Source: Nymphaea colorata
Taxonomy: Eukaryota
Reading direction: 5' to 3'
NCBI RefSeq assembly: GCF_008831285.2
Contig: NC_045138.2
Coordinates: 40,734,001-40,798,000, forward strand
DNA: 64,000 nt
The first letter of the stretch is position 1; each line of letters begins with the position of its first letter. Below the pieces are notes generated by a model that did no database searches, was not told where the DNA came from, and worked only from the letters and a program-made list of their open reading frames with translations. Positions 63,387 to 64,000 of the stretch are shown piece after piece. A program made the position numbers and the translations under genes.

Positions 63387-63567
63387 TAGGTCTGTACCCT
63401 ACAGTCTTGACAACCCATCATGGCTTGACCTGAGTAGTTGAGTATAATGAAATAGAAGCCAAGCCTAGTCATAGATTTATGCTGACCTTAACTAGGTTGA
63501 CGGTTCGACTACATGCGTAGAGTTTGGCCTTCTACGAGAGTCCGAACCCGACCTATGTGCAGCCCTA
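63387..63567. mobile_element. Degenerate MITE-like element
   Basis: Imperfect TIR TAGGTCTGTAC...GTGCAGCCCTA (9/11), the same terminus type as at 21003 and 22395. Confidence 0.4.
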
Positions 63568-64000
63568 GTCAAGATGCCTTCTTTAGGTATTGAGCTCTTG
63601 ATCTCCTTTTACTTTTTTCAACATCTTAACTCCACTCTCTAAGTTACCACCTAATGTTCTAGAAAAGCTTCACAAGGCAAAGGGGTCCATAGCCCACTCA
63701 AACATTTTCTCCAATTGAACTAAAATAAAATCTTTAATGTATAAAAGACCTAAGAAAGTAGGAAAAAAATCTGCTCCCCACATTGGGATGCTACTCAATA
63801 TGGGCATTGAAAGAAGTGCCTTGTGGATATCTTGAAAAGAGCCTTTGATAAGGGTGCCTTGTTATGTCAAGTGTCTTTTGGCGGACAAGGGTCAAATTGG
63901 CACCACTTCAATAGCAGATGGAAAAGAAAGATTTTATTCTATTTCCATGGTGGAAGTGGAAAACATGCCTTATCTTGTAATGAGAAAAGAAAAGTAAGCC

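Noticed and set aside
49700..64000. Numerous 60-140 aa ORFs; tRNA, snRNA and telomerase RNA candidates
   Set aside because: No recognisable domains, no USE/TATA arrangement or cloverleaf; the ORFs look like random AT-rich or low-complexity translations.

Overview
Flowering-plant nuclear DNA: GT-AG spliceosomal introns, plant-specific gene families and GA/TA microsatellites. Five protein-coding genes are supported, all on the minus strand. (1) A purple acid phosphatase of the nucleotide pyrophosphatase/phosphodiesterase type, with 9 exons reconstructed and the 3' end running off the left edge. (2) The GRAS factor SCL3, with an intronless CDS. (3) A single-exon PICBP-like calmodulin-binding protein. 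(4) A 7-exon conserved plant protein with a TPR-like helical region and a C-terminal membrane anchor, probably plastid-targeted. (5) A PLS-class E/E+ PPR protein without a DYW domain. Reading across frameshifts also reveals elements the ORF track misses: a decayed KCR1 (very-long-chain 3-oxoacyl-CoA reductase) gene fragment, two decayed LINE fragments (zf-RVT; RNase H plus poly-A tail), a hAT-type MITE with TIRs and an 8-bp TSD, several other MITE-like remnants and local tandem duplications. The last ~14 kb has no recognisable protein gene. I found no convincing evidence of a new biological system. The best leads are the KCR1 relic, a cluster of IDD-type motifs upstream of SCL3, the anomalous N-terminus of the PPR gene, and a speculative non-coding locus near 59-60.7 kb. 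All family assignments come from recalled motifs; no database searches were run.
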